A DNA stretch of 64,000 nucleotides from Bacteroidales bacterium (GCA_016936815.1 JAFGXD010000047.1:2276-66275); one strand, 5' to 3'. Shown: positions 9,266 to 19,352, numbered from the stretch's first letter. Translations and numbers: made by a program. Notes: generated by a model from the sequence alone, not told the origin.

Positions 9266-12200
9266 TTAGTTTGCTAAATTGGTAAAATCAATGGGTTTAT
9301 TGGTTTTAACATCAATCAATTGAAACTGTTGACTACCTTCTAAATTCAGATTCCAAATTTGAATTATTGATCCGTTATCACCAATTTTGCCACCTTTTAC
9401 ATCAAGGGCTTTCCATCCTTTAACCTGAATGGTGCATGTATTCTTCCCTGTTGGATGAATAGCAAATTTTTGGGCATCTCCGGTGTTGGCATCCCATGTT
9501 TGTAATCCGGTTCCCTTCTTTTTTATTTCTCCATTTGTAACATCAATACGTTTACCTCCATCCATTTCGATCCAAACCCAATCATGGTCTCCAGATTTTT
9601 TAATGGTAAAAAAACGATCAATTCCTCCGTCCATATCCCAAATTTGTAATTTGCTGCCATTTACTTTTGCTTTGCTTCCATCGCCGGCCAAATCCCAATA
9701 TTTATTTGAATAGGCCATTTTAATTTTTACACGAATTGCTTTTTCCGGAGCAAACCATTTGGATCCTATAGGCTCTAATTTCCATTGCTGATTTTCACTG
9801 CCATTTTCATCCCAAATTTGAATTGGACAGCCGTTTTCATTTATTTTAGAATTTGACGCGTCAATAAATTTTGCTCTTGCCGGGTTTTCAATGTAAAATG
9901 TCATTGGTGAACCTGCAAAAATAAAACGAAACTGTTGACCACCACCCCTGCTCAAATCCCACAATTGAAGTTTTGTCCCGTTATCCTTACCACCACCCTC
10001 AATGTCCCAATAGGCGCTTCCTGAATGCATGTGATGTACAAAATGATACCCTTCAATATGTGATTCTTCTAGTTGCACATAACGATCGGCACCACCATCC
10101 ATATCCCATAATTGGACATGAGCATCTTTTGTTCCTGCATCTTTTCCGCTTCCGCCTAAATCCATATATCTCTTGGCCTTAATATTACGCAAGGCAAATG
10201 CATAACCTTCCGGTAATGGAGCCATATCAGATGCCTTTGCCGGCTCAAAAGACCATTGCTGATTTTTAGTTCTTGTAATTTTATTTTGTGTAATGCTTTG
10301 TTTATCCCCGTTAGATGTTAGATATAATCCGCTTTCTTTGCATTGCAGATAATATGTAAGGCTTTTGCCAGGGATTTCTAAAAGTTTAAATAATTGATTA
10401 GCATTATTTTCCAACTTTTTATCTAAAATAATATTGGCTCCTTCGCCTCCTTTTGCTGTAAAAACGAGGTCGGAATGCTGAGCCTGAAGATAAACAAATC
10501 CTTCTTCCTTAGATGGAATAGTTTTAATAAAACGATCAATTCCATAATCTTGTTTATACATACCAACCTTTGCATCCTTAGTTGAAGCATTAAAATGGTT
10601 TCCCGGAATATCCATAAATATCTCATTATCCGCAATAGAACCAATAAAGAATACATCTTTTAAATTATTATATTTTTCATCTATTGGTTTGGGCATATTA
10701 TTATCTGTCATTAACTTATCCCACATTTTATTTCTGTGGTTAACATGTTCTTGTTTTTTCTCTTTAACTATTCGTCTATATTCTTTGCCCAACTTTTCCA
10801 CATCACTCGGATCTTTGTCAAAACCTTTATAATAGTCATCCTTAATAGCTTTTTCCCAGTCAGCGTCAATACTAACTAAAAGTCGGTCCCAATCAGCTTT
10901 TATGTATTTTTCACGTTCTTCTTTATTGTCCAACTTTGCTACTTTGGGTATGACTTTGTAGTAAAATTCATCAACAGCTTTATTAGAGCTTTTATAAACC
11001 GGAGTATAAAGTTTTTTTGCTCTTTTCGGAACACACTTGGTAAAACAATCATCTCCGTGAGTCATATGCTCGGTCCATGTTGTTGCATGACCAGCGAAAG
11101 CACTTACTTCATTCCATCCATCTTTAGCGGTATTAATTGATGAGCTTGCGGCTGCACTAGCTATTTTCGTAACTTCAGCACCCAGGTCTTTCATATAAGT
11201 AATAACTTCATTCCCAATCTTATCCATAATTACACTAAGCATTTCTTTTGGATTGAAAGACCCTTGAACATCGAAACTTATTTTTTTTCCGAACACAACA
11301 AGCTTACACGCAGTGGCTCCCATAAGGTTCAAGTTTTTGTCGGCTTCCATGTGTAAGTGTATCATTCTTATTTGAAGTGTATTAAAGGCCATTAACATTA
11401 CTTTTTTCGTATTAGACTCAGGTTGTTTCTTGATAGCCTCTTCAATCATTTTATACATTTGCTCGGCATTCATGTACATATCAAATAAAAAACCTTCGTC
11501 AGGATTAACGTAAAATTCAACCGATCCTTCCATTAAAGTCGAAAACTTAACTCCCCCTCTAAATGCAAAGCCTTTTTCTATTTCAAATTCTCCAATTTCT
11601 CCACCATTCGGGGCAAATAGAATATAAGTATCATCAATATATATGTCATCATTTTTTGGGAAAATATCAGGAATTTTTAAGCCAAATCCATTGCGCAAGG
11701 TATTCTCGAATTGTTTCATGGTTATTCTTTTGGTGTATGCTTTTAGAGCAATTTCAGCGTTTGCGGGCGCAATGCTCATGGCGGCACCAAATTCAATATC
11801 GAAAAATTTTGCTTTTCCAACAGCGAAACCAATTGTGGTTGGTGTTGGTGAACCAATAATCCATCCCAATTCAACAGCAGTATTGGCTATTGCAATATCC
11901 GTTTTTTTTGTCCCTACATAATGAGATAAACCAAATGGATCCTGCCATTCGTCTGTCATTGAGAAGGCTCCTTTTAATTCAAGACTTATTAAATTGAAAG
12001 AAAGTTCCATTACTGTTTTCAAATCCGGATCGTGAATAGTTGGACGAAATCGGATTTCATTTTTCACGTACAATACAGCATCAAGGCCAGATCCTGCCTC
12101 AACTTCTGCTCCAATTGAAAATTTTTCCAAAGTAATTCGAGTCCCAATACTCTTATTAACATCAATAATTATTGGATTACTAGAATAATCTAATCCTCCC

Positions 12201-12607
12201 TCAAGAGCAAAGGATTTTGGGCCGATTTTAGCTTTTACCAATAGATATGGTTCGGCAATATGCATGGCTTCGCAAACTGTTTTCAGTTTTTTCTTTGTAT
12301 CGGCTTTGGCTTCCAATTCAAAACCTTCGGGTGAAACTATTAGGGTGGCCTCAAGAAGTTCAAGCTCTTTTAATATTTTGTATCCCGGTATTTTTTTTAA
12401 TTGGTCAATTGTTACTGTAGTTTTTAAACTTAGGGGCTGTATTGTTCCTGTAAAATCAAATGCACCATATTCTTTAAAATTAACGGTAAAATTTTGATTG
12501 TTATCAACATACGGAATAGCTCCATAGCCCGGTAATTGAATACTTTGTTGCGACAAGGCGGAAAAAACCGCAGCAGTGATTGAGAGAATAAATAGTCTAA
12601 TTTTCAT
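9266..12607 (-). CDS. Secreted 1113-aa protein: unrecognised ~640-aa N-terminal region plus three ricin-type beta-trefoil lectin domains
   Basis: Signal peptide MKIRLFILSITAAVFSALSQQ. The C-terminal ~470 aa carry repeated QxW/QxF trefoil motifs (QQWSF, QQFRF, QQWKL, QKFAI, QQFQL). They also carry repeated G.K..G..LQ(I/L)WD subdomain strings. No T9SS CTD. Confidence 0.8.
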   Translation of the reverse strand: MKIRLFILSITAAVFSALSQQSIQLPGYGAIPYVDNNQNFTVNFKEYGAFDFTGTIQPLSLKTTVTIDQLKKIPGYKILKELELLEATLIVSPEGFELEAKADTKKKLKTVCEAMHIAEPYLLVKAKIGPKSFALEGGLDYSSNPIIIDVNKSIGTRITLEKFSIGAEVEAGSGLDAVLYVKNEIRFRPTIHDPDLKTVMELSFNLISLELKGAFSMTDEWQDPFGLSHYVGTKKTDIAIANTAVELGWIIGSPTPTTIGFAVGKAKFFDIEFGAAMSIAPANAEIALKAYTKRITMKQFENTLRNGFGLKIPDIFPKNDDIYIDDTYILFAPNGGEIGEFEIEKGFAFRGGVKFSTLMEGSVEFYVNPDEGFLFDMYMNAEQMYKMIEEAIKKQPESNTKKVMLMAFNTLQIRMIHLHMEADKNLNLMGATACKLVVFGKKISFDVQGSFNPKEMLSVIMDKIGNEVITYMKDLGAEVTKIASAAASSSINTAKDGWNEVSAFAGHATTWTEHMTHGDDCFTKCVPKRAKKLYTPVYKSSNKAVDEFYYKVIPKVAKLDNKEEREKYIKADWDRLLVSIDADWEKAIKDDYYKGFDKDPSDVEKLGKEYRRIVKEKKQEHVNHRNKMWDKLMTDNNMPKPIDEKYNNLKDVFFIGSIADNEIFMDIPGNHFNASTKDAKVGMYKQDYGIDRFIKTIPSKEEGFVYLQAQHSDLVFTAKGGEGANIILDKKLENNANQLFKLLEIPGKSLTYYLQCKESGLYLTSNGDKQSITQNKITRTKNQQWSFEPAKASDMAPLPEGYAFALRNIKAKRYMDLGGSGKDAGTKDAHVQLWDMDGGADRYVQLEESHIEGYHFVHHMHSGSAYWDIEGGGKDNGTKLQLWDLSRGGGQQFRFIFAGSPMTFYIENPARAKFIDASNSKINENGCPIQIWDENGSENQQWKLEPIGSKWFAPEKAIRVKIKMAYSNKYWDLAGDGSKAKVNGSKLQIWDMDGGIDRFFTIKKSGDHDWVWIEMDGGKRIDVTNGEIKKKGTGLQTWDANTGDAQKFAIHPTGKNTCTIQVKGWKALDVKGGKIGDNGSIIQIWNLNLEGSQQFQLIDVKTNKPIDFTNLAN

Positions 12608-13049
12608 GGTAAAACATTAATATTTTAATTATTATAGAATAAACAACAGATTTCTAATATCTCAAAGCTTATTAGTACTCTGAAAACAACAGAAAAATGA
12701 TTATTAGTTTTTTAAATCTTGTACCTTCCTTCCTTTGTTCTTATTATTTGCGGAAAAAATTTCTGCAAAAGTAGAAAAATACCAAAAGAATGAGCAAAGT
12801 TTAGTGGTGGAAAGTTTAGTTTTAATAACATGTGCAGATATGAAACCCTACTGTAATAAATAACCTTTTTCCTGACTTCGTCACAAAAAAGACCAAAAAA
12901 CCATAAAGTATTAAATTACAAACATATACAAAATAAATGTAACAGTATTTTGGGGGGCGCAAAGGAAAAATTTACGCCTTTGGATAATTGCGGTTTATAT
13001 GCTAATCCCAAATTCTGAAGCAAAAATGCCAGTTCCAACGCCAATTTCT

Positions 13050-13406
13050 CTAGAATGTCAAAACTCTATCACTATCTGTTACCCATTCTGCAAGTGCTGC
13101 CATAGTTGATTTTTTAGCTCCTTCAAAATAGGGATGATTCTTGTAAATTCCGCATCTTGACATACAAGTTCCACAAACTTGCACTTCTACACCTCTGGCA
13201 ATCAAATCTTTTAACATTTGCGATAAATCCTGATCATAACCTTCCGGAGCTTTGCAAACATCTCTTGCCATATCTACAGAGTCGTTCATTAAAAAGATTC
13301 TCACTTCATTACCGGATTTTTTTAGTGTATCCGCCAACCTTAAACCATTCCAGGTAACGTCAGTATTATCGTAAGGTTCCCTGTTAAACACAATCAAAAT
13401 TTTCAT
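13050..13406 (-). CDS. DsrE/DsrF-like sulfur-relay family protein
   Basis: 118 aa. MKILIVFNREPYDN.. resembles the DsrE fold pattern, and a C-terminal CGTCMSRCG is present. Overlaps the ArsR gene by 4 nt. Confidence 0.7.
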   Translation of the reverse strand: MKILIVFNREPYDNTDVTWNGLRLADTLKKSGNEVRIFLMNDSVDMARDVCKAPEGYDQDLSQMLKDLIARGVEVQVCGTCMSRCGIYKNHPYFEGAKKSTMAALAEWVTDSDRVLTF

Positions 13407-13705
13407 TCTTTGTTATATTTTTCGATTAACATTAATATCAATTGTTTTACTTCCTCATTTTCTATGGCATAACAAATTTTTGTGCCATACCTTTTTGGAC
13501 TTACAATTCCACTATTTTTCAATATGTTAAGATGTTGAGAGGAGGTTGATTGAGAAATACCTAAAGTATTGGTAATATCGGTTACGCAACATTCGTCATT
13601 CATTAATAAGCTTACCATTTTTAAACGTAAAGGATTACCAAGTGCCTTAAATACCTGCCCTTCCTTTTCAAAATCAATTCTTTTAATTTTTTCTATTGAA
13701 ATCAT
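13403..13705 (-). CDS. ArsR/SmtB-family transcriptional regulator
   Basis: 100 aa. KALGNPLRLKMVSLL..ECCVTDITNTLGISQSTSSQHLNILKNSGIV is the ArsR winged-HTH with a CC metal/redox site. Confidence 0.85.
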   Translation of the reverse strand: MISIEKIKRIDFEKEGQVFKALGNPLRLKMVSLLMNDECCVTDITNTLGISQSTSSQHLNILKNSGIVSPKRYGTKICYAIENEEVKQLILMLIEKYNKE

Positions 13706-13918
13706 GAGACAAATATATAATCTAATATTACAATATCCTAATATTATAATATAATAGTGTTTTAATAAAAATGAAAAATCTTGTTGCTAGGCTACTTATC
13801 CGGATTCGCACAAGTATTTGAATTATGGCATTTTTGTGGACTAATTATGGTAATTTACATAACATTATTCTCAAACCGTATTAGATTAGAAATAACTTTC
13901 TGTAAGCTTAAGCAATTA

Positions 13919-14398
13919 TTATTGTTTAGGAATATTTTCCTTAACAAAAAAGAAGAAAGAATGGTTAATTTTTTTCGATTTTTCATTTATCGCATTAACA
14001 GTCTCGAAAATTATAAACATCTCATATAGACCACTGTACAGCTTTTCTATTTCAATAAAAAGATCCTCCTCCATATTATCCCATTTTCCATTCTTAGGAA
14101 AAATAGTGCCTTTAAATACTATGTCTTTCTCATCCCAATTTCCATATTGTGTGTAAGAAAGTCCATATCCTAAATTGTCTTTTTCGGGTCGTTTCAAAAT
14201 TATTGCCGAAAAAACAGAATCCTTTCTGTAACTTATTGTGCCTTTTAGGGTGTCTCCTTCAGTACATTCGGAATTAAAGTTGAACTGGTTTTGTGGAGAT
14301 ACTATATAACAACTTTGAGCATGAGCTCCCGTAACTGAAAAACTGCTTAAGGAAATTATTAGAGCGACTATTCTAAGTTTTTTACTTAATAATTTTGA
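13919..14398 (-). CDS. Small secreted protein whose signal peptide lies upstream of any canonical start codon (possible start-codon loss)
   Basis: The track ORF starts at TTG 14197. The same frame is open up to the stop at 14399-14401. There it encodes SKLLSKKLRIVALIISLSSFSVTGAHAQS.., a textbook signal peptide, with no ATG/GTG/TTG in it. Confidence 0.4.
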   Translation of the reverse strand, partial: SKLLSKKLRIVALIISLSSFSVTGAHAQSCYIVSPQNQFNFNSECTEGDTLKGTISYRKDSVFSAIILKRPEKDNLGYGLSYTQYGNWDEKDIVFKGTIFPKNGKWDNMEEDLFIEIEKLYSGLYEMFIIFETVNAINEKSKKINHSFFFFVKENIPKQ

Positions 14399-14491
14399 CT
14401 ATTTGTTATTCGAAAAGAAAAACAGAACAGTTATTACCAAAAAAGCAATAAATAATCCTATTTAAGAATTACAGCAATCAACAAGTTTTTT

Positions 14492-17005
14492 CTAAAGCTT
14501 CCTAAGAATTGAATTTCCTCTTCCAATAGCATAACCCGAAGAACGATAAATAACTGTATTGTCGGATTGTTGTATTATTACCAATGGTAAAACCGGATTT
14601 TTTACGGTGTTTTCGCCCAAGGTTAACGATTCCAAAGTTTTTGGCAAAGCTATTACTGTTTTAGTATTCGCAGGAAGATTGTATTTATTCTGCTTCAAAT
14701 CTTCTGCCATCATTTTCTCAGGAAGAATAAACACAAATTTTGCTCCGGTTTTTTCAAGTTTTTCTTTGTTTAAGTTGAAATCGTTAAGCAAGTGCTTTCC
14801 GGGTTCTGTTCCGGGGTCAATCATAACAATTACAGTTTTTCCGCTGCCTATAATCTCTTTAAGTGCAATTTCATTACTGTTTTCGTCAATTACTTTTCCT
14901 TGCAAATCAATTGACCCGTATTCTAAAACAGACTCTTCTAAAGGAATTTCAATGTATATTAATGTGTCTGCCGAAATATCGAAAAACTCCATGTTTACGA
15001 GTATTTTTCCGGTTTCTAATCTGTTCGAGGTAATAAGACGATATTTTCCGGGCTTCAATTCTATTTTTCCAAGTTTGTTAATGTCTTTATAATATTCAAG
15101 TTGCAATGTTTTAAAGTTATTACCTGTAAATTGTGCCAATGAAAAATGATGAAAATATTGTGGTACAAAATTCAAGTTTTTTTGATTTGTTTTAAATTCT
15201 ATTTTAACTTTTTGAATTACAGGCGGTTGCTCATCAAGCCACACGTCTATCCATTGGTCTTTATCTTTGTATTGTGGCACAGATGTGCCGGGTTCTAAAC
15301 GGGCAGGAATGCCAAAACTTCTGCAAACTGCTACAAAAAAGATGTCTCTGGAAAACGAATCGGAGACTTTTAAATTATATACTCCAATAGGTGTTATTGG
15401 AAGCGAATATTGTTGAAAATCGTTGTTAATTTCAATATTTCCTTTCACGTATTTAATCAAATGATTTATATCTTCTCGGCTCTTTTGTGCAAACTCTTCT
15501 CCAAAACTTTCAATCAGAAATCCTCTGTAAGCAACCAACATTTCGTTTGCAATTCTTGGTGAAAGAACAAAATTTACAAATGTTTCTTTGTCGTACCGGT
15601 TTGCCCAAATTAGTGAATTCTCCAAATGATTGTTTAAAATTTCGGTTCTGGTGTCTCTAAGGTCTTTATCCGAAATTACCGATAACAAAGGCTCAACCCA
15701 GATTTTAGCATTGCCTCGGTGGGCAAGCATAAACCTGAGAATTTGATTTGAATTCCCACGACTTTTCTCAATATATTTATACCAATCCAAAGGTAAACTT
15801 CCCTTAGCAGCTACTTCTCTAAAATCGAATTCTTTCAGAAATTTGTCAACATAGGCATTTCTTACCGAGTCTTCGTATTGTAAACGAGTTTTGTTTTTTT
15901 CTTTTTGCTCTTCACTAACTGTTAGTTTTACATATTGACTTGCAGCAGGAGGCATAAACTCTAATTGTTCAAACGATTCGTTAATTCCTGAAAGTTCTAG
16001 GCTAACAATTTCATTTTTTCCAACAGTTATTTTTTTATAGCCATAATCTTTTTCAGTATTTGCCCATACTATTAGGTCGCCCAATCCGGTTGTTAAATAA
16101 CATTCTCCATTTTTATCGGTCTTTTTAACAGCTAAAGGATAAAATTCGGCATAATTATATATTTGAAATTCCACATTTGCTCCTTGCACAGGTTTCCCAT
16201 TTTTATCAACTACTTTTATTGTCTGTTTAAAAGTTTCTGCATATCTATTGGTAACATTAATGTTTGTAAACTGCGTATTAATTGAGTTAATTTCTTCACT
16301 ACCAGAATATTCGCCAAAAACTCTTGCATGTATTAACATTGCTCTGCTTGCAGGCTCGTTAAACCAACCCAAATTTAGAACAGGCTCGGGTTCGCAGGCT
16401 CCAAGAAAATACCAGGTTCCGTTAATCCAAACCTCAACCCAGGCGTGGTTATCGTCGGAATGTGCCCAACGAGGAGTGTAAACCTGACGAGCAGGAATGC
16501 ATACAGTTCGTAATGCAGCAACAGCAAGTGTGGATTCTTCACCACATCGGCCAAATGCAGTCTTTACGGTTGCCATGGGCGACGATGTTCTTATATCTGC
16601 CGGCTGATATTCAACCTTTTCGTGGCACCAATGATTTATTTCCAAAGCCGCTTCATACATTTCTAATCCTTCAATTCTTTTCTTAAGCTCATCATAATAT
16701 ACTGTTCTGAAAGAATCAAGATTTTCGTTGTTAATACGTTGAGGAAGAACAAAATGATAGAATATTTTTTCGGGCATCTCGCTTCCCCAGGAAATTTCCC
16801 CTTTTGCTTTTAGAGCAGATTTTACATGTTTTAGAAAAAAATCGCCATCATATTCAGCCAAATCGCTTAACGGCATATATGCATATAAAAATTTTAGAGC
16901 TTTTTCTTCTTCAGGTTTTAGTTTTTGTTCGAAAACTCCAAATAACTCGTCATGTCTTGCACAGGCAATTTTTTTTGTTATTTGAAATTTTTTTTCAAAC
17001 TCCAA
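14492..17005 (-). CDS. Transglutaminase-like (cysteine protease fold) domain protein with CarboxypepD_reg-like domain; 5' end disrupted
   Basis: 837 aa. FGRCGEESTLAVAALRTVCIPARQVYTPRWAHSDDNHAWVEVW matches the transglutaminase-core Cys/His/Asp arrangement. KVVDKNGKPVQGANVEFQIY resembles a CarboxypepD_reg domain. The cognate signal peptide is separated by an in-frame TAA (see next feature). Confidence 0.8.
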   Translation of the reverse strand: MEFEKKFQITKKIACARHDELFGVFEQKLKPEEEKALKFLYAYMPLSDLAEYDGDFFLKHVKSALKAKGEISWGSEMPEKIFYHFVLPQRINNENLDSFRTVYYDELKKRIEGLEMYEAALEINHWCHEKVEYQPADIRTSSPMATVKTAFGRCGEESTLAVAALRTVCIPARQVYTPRWAHSDDNHAWVEVWINGTWYFLGACEPEPVLNLGWFNEPASRAMLIHARVFGEYSGSEEINSINTQFTNINVTNRYAETFKQTIKVVDKNGKPVQGANVEFQIYNYAEFYPLAVKKTDKNGECYLTTGLGDLIVWANTEKDYGYKKITVGKNEIVSLELSGINESFEQLEFMPPAASQYVKLTVSEEQKEKNKTRLQYEDSVRNAYVDKFLKEFDFREVAAKGSLPLDWYKYIEKSRGNSNQILRFMLAHRGNAKIWVEPLLSVISDKDLRDTRTEILNNHLENSLIWANRYDKETFVNFVLSPRIANEMLVAYRGFLIESFGEEFAQKSREDINHLIKYVKGNIEINNDFQQYSLPITPIGVYNLKVSDSFSRDIFFVAVCRSFGIPARLEPGTSVPQYKDKDQWIDVWLDEQPPVIQKVKIEFKTNQKNLNFVPQYFHHFSLAQFTGNNFKTLQLEYYKDINKLGKIELKPGKYRLITSNRLETGKILVNMEFFDISADTLIYIEIPLEESVLEYGSIDLQGKVIDENSNEIALKEIIGSGKTVIVMIDPGTEPGKHLLNDFNLNKEKLEKTGAKFVFILPEKMMAEDLKQNKYNLPANTKTVIALPKTLESLTLGENTVKNPVLPLVIIQQSDNTVIYRSSGYAIGRGNSILRKL

Positions 17006-17026
17006 GTCTTGTTCAAGTTGTTCGCT

Positions 17027-17092
17027 TTATTTGCTACTACATGAAAAAAAAACTAATGCAGTAGTAGCTATAAATAAAAAATTTCTAATCAT
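17027..17092 (-). other. Orphaned lipoprotein signal-peptide mini-ORF in frame with the transglutaminase-like CDS
   Basis: ATG 17092-17090 encodes MIRNFLFIATTALVFFSCSSK then TAA (17029-17027). The same frame continues SEQLEQD-L(TTG 17005)EFEKKF... Reverse complement and frame were checked by hand (87 nt = 29 codons). Confidence 0.6.
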
Positions 17093-17284
17093 CTGTAAAT
17101 CGTTTTATGGGAAATTAATATATAACCATAATTTGTTTAATAAAATCTTTCAAAATTAAAGAATTTTCAGCAAATTTTTGCTTCACACAGGGTACAACTA
17201 AATTTGATTTTATCACGAATTTTTTACATACGAATTAATGTCGTAGATATAGGCAATACAGAAATATTGAATATCTTTGCGGCG

Positions 17285-19072
17285 ATGAAAAACATTAGAA
17301 ATTTTTGCATAATTGCCCATATCGACCATGGGAAAAGTACTTTGGCCGACAGATTGTTACAGGCAACGGGTACATTAGACGCACGAGATTTTCAAGATCA
17401 GGTTCTTGATAATATGGATTTGGAGCGTGAAAGAGGTATTACTATTAAAAGTCATGCAATTCAAATGAAGCATGTGCATGAAGGAATTGAATACACTTTG
17501 AATTTAATTGACACTCCCGGTCACGTAGATTTTTCTTATGAGGTTTCTCGTTCAATTGCCGCTTGCGAGGGTGCATTGCTTATTGTTGACGCTACCCAGG
17601 GAATTCAGGCTCAAACTATTTCAAATCTTTATCAGGCAATAGACCACGACTTGGAGATTATTCCTGTAATGAATAAAATGGATATGGACTCTGCAATGCC
17701 GGATGAGGTTCAGGATCAGATAATTGACCTTGTGGGTTGCGGCGCTGAGGATATTATTAGAGCCAGTGGCAAAACAGGAATGGGTGTTGATGAAATTTTA
17801 AAAGCCATTATTGAAAATGTACCCGAGCCAAAAGGAGAATCAGACGCTCCCTTACAAGCATTGATTTTCGACTCGGTTTTTAATTCTTTTAGAGGCATTA
17901 TTGCATATTTTAGAATAATGAGCGGTGAAATTAGAAAAGGCGATTCTGTTAAGTTTTTTAATACAGGAAAGGAATATCATGCCGACGAAATTGGGGTGCT
18001 GAAATTAAAACAAGAACCAAAAGATGTGTTAAGAACAGGCGATGTTGGTTATATTATTTCAGGAATTAAAACTTCAAAAGAGGTTAAAGTTGGAGATACT
18101 ATTACTCATGTCGACAATCCATGCAAGGCTGCAATAGATGGATTCGAAGATGTTAAGCCAATGGTTTTTGCCGGTATTTACCCTGTTGATGCCGATGATT
18201 ATGAGGATTTAAGAGCTTCAATTGAACGACTTCAACTTAATGATGCTTCCCTAACTTTTGTTCCGGAATCGTCGCTTGCTCTAGGTTTTGGCTTTAGATG
18301 CGGCTTTCTTGGACTTTTGCACATGGAAATTATTCAGGAGCGGCTCGATAGGGAATTCGATATGGACGTAATTACTACCGTTCCAAACGTTAGCTATAAA
18401 GTTTATACAAAAAAAGGAGAGGTAATTGATGTTCACAACCCTTCAGGTTTGCCCGAACCAAATTACATAGATTATATTCAGGAACCTTATATTCATGCTC
18501 AGGTTATTTCTCAGGCCGATTATGTTGGTCAGGTTATTAAGCTTTGCATTGACAAAAGAGGAACTTTAAAAAATCAGGTTTACCTAACAAGTAATAGGGT
18601 TGAGCTGAGTTTCGATATGCCTTTGGCGGAAATAGTTTTCGATTTTTACGATAAACTAAAGTCAATTTCTAAGGGATATGCATCTTTCGATTATCACCAA
18701 ACAGGTTACAAAGATGCCAAACTAATTCGTCTTGAAATTCTGCTTAACGGCGATAAGGTTGATGCCCTTTCAACACTAATTCATGTTGATAATGCTTACG
18801 ATTTTGGAAGAAGAATGTGCTCAAAACTAAAAGAGCTAATTCCCCGACAACAGTTTGATGTTGCAATTCAGGCAGCTATTGGAACAAAAATTATTTCCAG
18901 AGAAACTGTTAAAGCTGTTAGAAAAGATGTTACTGCTAAATGCTACGGTGGAGATATTACCAGAAAACGTAAACTGCTTGAAAAACAAAAGAAAGGAAAG
19001 AAAAGAATGAGACAGGTTGGTAATGTTGAAGTTCCACAACAAGCCTTTTTGGCAGTTTTAAAACTAGATTAA
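17285..19072 (+). CDS. lepA: Elongation factor 4 (LepA)
   Basis: [25 protein letters not shown].., [12 protein letters not shown] and the C-terminal LepA-specific region. The start is placed at ATG 17285, not the track's TTG at 17204. Confidence 0.95.
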   Translation: MKNIRNFCIIAHIDHGKSTLADRLLQATGTLDARDFQDQVLDNMDLERERGITIKSHAIQMKHVHEGIEYTLNLIDTPGHVDFSYEVSRSIAACEGALLIVDATQGIQAQTISNLYQAIDHDLEIIPVMNKMDMDSAMPDEVQDQIIDLVGCGAEDIIRASGKTGMGVDEILKAIIENVPEPKGESDAPLQALIFDSVFNSFRGIIAYFRIMSGEIRKGDSVKFFNTGKEYHADEIGVLKLKQEPKDVLRTGDVGYIISGIKTSKEVKVGDTITHVDNPCKAAIDGFEDVKPMVFAGIYPVDADDYEDLRASIERLQLNDASLTFVPESSLALGFGFRCGFLGLLHMEIIQERLDREFDMDVITTVPNVSYKVYTKKGEVIDVHNPSGLPEPNYIDYIQEPYIHAQVISQADYVGQVIKLCIDKRGTLKNQVYLTSNRVELSFDMPLAEIVFDFYDKLKSISKGYASFDYHQTGYKDAKLIRLEILLNGDKVDALSTLIHVDNAYDFGRRMCSKLKELIPRQQFDVAIQAAIGTKIISRETVKAVRKDVTAKCYGGDITRKRKLLEKQKKGKKRMRQVGNVEVPQQAFLAVLKLD

Positions 19073-19133
19073 GGTAAATTTGTTTGAAATCCTTTTTTTC
19101 CATAAGTTTGTATAAAATTAAAAATTTATAAAA

Positions 19134-19349
19134 ATGAAAAAGTTACTTTTTACACTTGCAATCAGCGGTTTACTATTTACAGCTTGTTCAGAAGAGAAAA
19201 AAGACGGTAAAGAAACCGACAAAGCTAAAACCGAACAAAAACAAGAAAGCGAAGAAGAATTGAATAAGGCTTACGAAGAAGAGTTTACCAACGAAATTGA
19301 TGACATAAAAAGCGAGATTGAGCTAACAGATTCAACTGAAGTGTATTAA
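19134..19349 (+). CDS. Small acidic lipoprotein
   Basis: 71 aa. MKKLLFTLAISGLLFTAC lipobox followed by a Lys/Glu-rich sequence. Confidence 0.5.
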   Translation: MKKLLFTLAISGLLFTACSEEKKDGKETDKAKTEQKQESEEELNKAYEEEFTNEIDDIKSEIELTDSTEVY

Positions 19350-19352
19350 CAA

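Noticed and set aside
9249-9267. AAATCTTG-cca-CAAGATTT hairpin between convergent genes, as a terminator.
   Set aside because: The stem is mostly A/T (8 bp, two G:C pairs) with a 3-nt loop, it has no clear T-run, and it overlaps the stop codon of the ricin-lectin gene. Too weak to call.
13781-14029. 82-aa plus-strand ORF between the ArsR gene and the small secreted-protein gene.
   Set aside because: TTG start, hydrophobic AT-rich translation, and overlap with the 3' end of the better-supported minus-strand ORF.
14559-15092. 177-aa plus-strand ORF. Similar long antisense ORFs in the track: 11563-11921, 12264-12497, 16248-16686, 48320-48688, 47852-48136, 52798-53139, 22372-22711, 23434-23733, 23868-24134, 62508-62768, 63624-63836.
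   Set aside because: All lie entirely inside, and antisense or out of frame to, long ORFs with clear family motifs. They have low-complexity Ser/Leu/Phe/Ile-rich translations typical of AT-rich shadow frames.
17204-17284. N-terminal 27-codon extension of lepA from a TTG start.
   Set aside because: The extension ([17 protein letters not shown]..) is AT-rich non-coding-like. The conserved LepA N-terminus begins at ATG 17285 ([19 protein letters not shown]).
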